A stretch of 63,801 bases of DNA, filler included, from Asterionella formosa (lineage: Eukaryota): assembly GCA_002256025.1 (NCBI GenBank). It is 12 parts of 12 records of this genome, joined end to end, with 100 filler letters (N's around TTAATTAATTAA, not from the genome) between each part and the next. Parts side by side here need not be neighbours in the genome. Positions count along the whole stretch, not along the records: positions 62,342 to 63,801 come from NKIB01002349.1; 11 more parts are not named here. The stretch is one strand, 5' to 3'. This document shows, piece by piece, positions 62,442 to 63,801 of this stretch; position 1 is the stretch's first letter; the number at the start of each line of letters is the position of its first letter. Both the position numbers and the translations under genes were made by a program. The notes below the pieces were generated by a model. It ran no database searches, was not told the DNA's origin, and saw only the letters and a program-made list of their open reading frames with translations.

Positions 62442-63801
62442 ACCAAGGAACGACGAAACGCCAGAAACTAAATGATGAGCAGGACGTTGCCTCCTTTATG
62501 GTACCCTCAACCATGATGTCGATAACAATGAATGTTTGGTTCCAGTTGTTTCTAGGACACACAGCACAAACGCCCTTTAAAGTTACTTTAAAGAAGAATG
62601 ATGACATTGCTGACTTGATGGATGCCGTGAAGATTAAATGTGGTGACAATCTTCAAGGTGTTTCCTCAGCGCAGCTCCGTGTGTATCCACCTGGAACTCA
62701 AGTGCCGGTTCCTGAGGGAACTAATGATCCAACCTTGGATCCTGGTCTGGTTGTTCATCTGAATTGGGGAGCTAGCAGCAAGAATGCGTTCGTGATTGTT
62801 GCACCTGATATTGGTACGTATTTTGATCTCATGGAATACCTTCTATTGTATTGTTGTTCACAGCTCCTAATACTCACGTATCATTTCGTATCATCTATCC
62901 CATACAAATACTCGCTACTGTTGAAAAGACCAAGGAACGACGAAACGCCAGAAACGAAATGATGAGCAGGAGGAAGTCTCCTTAATGGTACCCACAACCA
63001 TCATGTCGACAACAATGAAGGTTTGGTTCCAGTTGTTCCGTGGAAACGCAGGACTATTGCCAGTTTATGTCACGTCGAAGAAGAATGATGTCATTGCTGA
63101 CTTGATGAAAGCTGTGAAGATTGAATGTGGTGACAATCTTCAAGGTGTTTCCTCAGCGCAGCTCCGTGTGTATCCACCTGGAACTCAAGTGCCGGTTCCT
63201 GAGGGAACTAATGATCCAACCTTGGATCCTGGTCTGGTTGTTCATCTGAATTGGGGAGCTAGCAGCAAGAATGCGTTCGTGATTGTTGCACCTGATATTG
63301 GTACGTATTTTGATCTCATGGAATACTTTCTATTGTATTGTAGTTCACAGCTCCTAATACTCACGTATCATTTCGTATCATCTATCCCATACAAATACCT
63401 CGCTACTGTTGAAAAGACCAAGGAGCGACGAAACGCCAGAATCTAAATGATAAGCACGTCTTACGAGGGCTACTAGGTGGGAAGCTCAACGATTATTTCA
63501 CGCGCTTGGAGAAGGATCAGGAAGAGCGAATTTTTGAAGAGACAATGCATATCTATACCATTGATCGAAACCAGCTTCCTTACGATGATTCTTTACCTTC
63601 TTCTGATCAAAATTTTTCCGTTTTTTCCCACCAAGATAGTTATTGGATGAATGGTCTCCAAAAAGTGCGGTTTGATGATTGTAAGAGTCGGGGAATCTTA
63701 TATCGCCCTAAAATTGTGAAGGATATGACGAAAGCGGTTGAATATGCCTTCGAAAAAGGTGGTCCAACTGGAATCATGATTAAGGGACCGCATGGAATCG
63801 G
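62442..63801 (+). CDS. Crinkler (CRN)-like protein with tandem ubiquitin-like header exons and the start of a P-loop NTPase; exons 62442-62813, 62929-63300 and 63417->63801; partial at both ends
   Basis: ~487-bp unit starting at 62342, 62829 and 63316. Header VWFQL...IADLMDAVKIKC..LQGVSSAQLRVY...LDPG...FVIVAP. Phase-1 introns 62814-62928 and 63301-63416 (GTACGT...AAAG) fuse all exons in frame. The last exon is open to GIMIKGPHGIG at the window edge. Confidence 0.75.

Noticed and set aside
62342..63446. Two separate 153-154-aa genes as given by the ORF track
   Set aside because: Their hydrophobic-looking tails are read-through into introns; GT-AG splicing joins them in frame to each other and to the NTPase exon
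61749..63801. LRR plus Crinkler-NTPase as a linked immune locus
   Set aside because: They are separated by an artificial spacer (62242-62341), so adjacency is not biological evidence
1..63801. tRNA or rRNA genes and prokaryotic defence or operon systems
   Set aside because: None recognised by eye; tRNAscan-SE or Infernal would be needed to exclude small RNAs

Overview
Eukaryotic nuclear DNA, most likely from a diatom: short GT-AG introns, a bipartite plastid-targeting presequence on RPE, and diatom-type Copia and non-LTR retroelements. The window is not contiguous. Eleven artificial 100-bp spacers (N44-TTAATTAATTAA-N44) join two ~24-kb scaffold pieces and ten ~1.46-kb contigs, so gene neighbourhood across spacers means nothing. 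Genes I can support: a secreted reprolysin-type metalloprotease with a hevein domain, a GT15 mannosyltransferase, a PERK-like eIF2alpha kinase with a C-terminal ACT-like domain, a GT77-like transferase, SFT2, plastid RPE, a RAP-domain protein, PWP1 (5'-partial), an LRR fragment, three hypothetical proteins, scrambled PGRL1 fragments, and a Crinkler-like gene built from tandem header exons upstream of a P-loop NTPase. Intergenic DNA is rich in decayed LINEs, Copia pieces and TA-flanked TIR elements. Three observations stand out. (1) The spliced multi-header Crinkler-NTPase. (2) A strong non-coding enrichment of TACCGGTA and related TA-CC..GG-TA words that match the ends of the resident TA|CCAG TIR elements, suggesting excision footprints or a cis-element. 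(3) The PERK-ACT fusion. All family assignments come from motif recognition by eye; no searches were run.
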